Both the position numbers and the translations under genes were made by a program. Below the pieces are notes generated by a model. The model saw only the letters and a list, made by a program, of their open reading frames with translations. It did no database searches and was not told where the DNA came from. From Escherichia coli (GTDB lineage Bacteria > Pseudomonadota > Gammaproteobacteria > Enterobacterales > Enterobacteriaceae), in assembly GCF_003334785.1 (NCBI RefSeq), contig NZ_QOWV01000001.1: a DNA stretch of 64,000 nt; one strand, given 5' to 3'. The first letter of the stretch is position 1, and each line of letters begins with the position of its first letter. Below are positions 62,916 through 64,000 of this stretch, one piece after another.

Positions 62916-63162
62916 GTAAACGCAACGGATGGCTTACCGATGCGGGGTTTGTGGTTAACCACCTTGGTGACTCTTAATGAGGGCGGTAATTCTACGGCAA
63001 ACCGCTTGAATCGCCAATCTTTGTTGTGAATTACTGGCTTAGCTTTATATTCATTAAGGTAATGCTGATAAATATTCCCGCTTGCAGGGGTAAAAGTGAC
63101 CTGACGCAATATTTGTCTTTTCTTGCTTCTTAATAATGTTGTCACAAAAAGTGAGGGTGACT

Positions 63163-64000
63163 ACATGGATAAACTACTTGAGCGATTTTTGAACTACGTG
63201 TCTCTGGATACCCAATCAAAAGCAGGGGTGAGACAGGTTCCCAGCACGGAAGGCCAATGGAAGTTATTGCATCTGCTGAAAGAGCAGCTCGAAGAGATGG
63301 GGCTTATCAATGTGACCTTAAGTGAGAAGGGCACTTTGATGGCGACGTTACCGGCTAACGTCCCTGGCGATATCCCGGCGATTGGCTTTATTTCTCATGT
63401 GGATACCTCACCGGATTGCAGCGGCAAAAATGTGAATCCGCAAATTGTTGAAAACTATCGCGGTGGCGATATTGCGCTGGGTATCGGCGATGAAGTTTTA
63501 TCACCGGTTATGTTCCCGGTGCTGCATCAGCTACTGGGTCAGACGCTGATTACCACCGATGGTAAAACCTTGTTAGGTGCCGATGACAAAGCAGGTATTG
63601 CAGAAATCATGACCGCGCTGGCGGTATTGCAACAGAAAAAAATTCCGCATGGTGATATTCGCGTCGCCTTTACCCCGGATGAAGAAGTGGGCAAAGGGGC
63701 GAAACATTTTGATGTTGACGCCTTCGATGCCCGCTGGGCTTACACTGTTGATGGTGGTGGCGTAGGCGAACTGGAGTTTGAAAACTTCAACGCCGCGTCG
63801 GTCAATATCAAAATTGTCGGTAACAATGTTCATCCGGGCACGGCGAAAGGAGTGATGGTAAATGCGCTGTCGCTGGCGGCACGTATTCATGCGGAAGTTC
63901 CGGCGGATGAAAGCCCGGAAATGACAGAAGGCTATGAAGGTTTCTATCATCTGGCGAGCATGAAAGGCACCGTTGAACGGGCCGATATGCACTACATCAT
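63163..64000 (+). CDS. pepT: Peptidase T (tripeptidase), 5' portion; continues beyond the window
   Basis: ATG at 63163 gives [84 protein letters not shown]... (M20 family); open to the window end; not in the supplied track. Confidence 0.9.

Noticed and set aside
62916-63162. FNR site upstream of pepT
   Set aside because: pepT is expected to be anaerobically induced, but the only TTGA-containing candidate (TTGAATCGCCAATC, about 63002-63015) does not fit TTGAT-N4-ATCAA in its second half, so no site is called.
63573-63992. 139-aa ORF on the minus strand
   Set aside because: Antisense to the pepT coding sequence, which continues beyond the window.

Overview
This 64-kb window reads as one contiguous block of conserved enterobacterial core chromosome. 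By translated protein sequence and gene order (recognised from memory, not by database search) it matches the Escherichia coli K-12-type region running yceB-grxB-mdtH / rimJ-yceH-yceM-murJ / flagellar region I (flgNMA, flgBCDEFGHIJ, flgKL) / rne / rluC / yceF / yceD-rpmF-plsX-fabHDG-acpP-fabF / pabC-mltG-tmk-holB-ycfH / ptsG / fhuE / hinT-ycfL-lpoB-thiK-nagZ-ycfP / ndh / ycfJ / comR / bhsA / ldtC / mfd / ycfT / lolCDE / nagK-cobB / ycfZ-ymfA / potDCBA, ending inside pepT. I call 64 protein genes, all at the lengths expected for their K-12 counterparts, so there is no room for a sizeable insertion. I found no tRNA, rRNA, IS element, prophage, CRISPR array or defence-island-like content, and no evidence for a previously undescribed system; I would treat this as an ordinary core region. 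The observations worth a second look are small regulatory signals: a perfect CRP-consensus palindrome carrying two GATC sites between comR and bhsA, an 11-bp perfect inverted repeat just upstream of a TTG-initiated ndh, sigma28 promoter matches before flgM and flgK, the flgL 3'UTR and shared flgL/rne terminator, the long rne leader, REP/BIME clusters, and a direct repeat upstream of lolC. Most six-frame ORFs on the opposite strand of the real genes are artefacts. Gene start codons were chosen by length agreement with the known proteins and are the least certain part of the coordinates.
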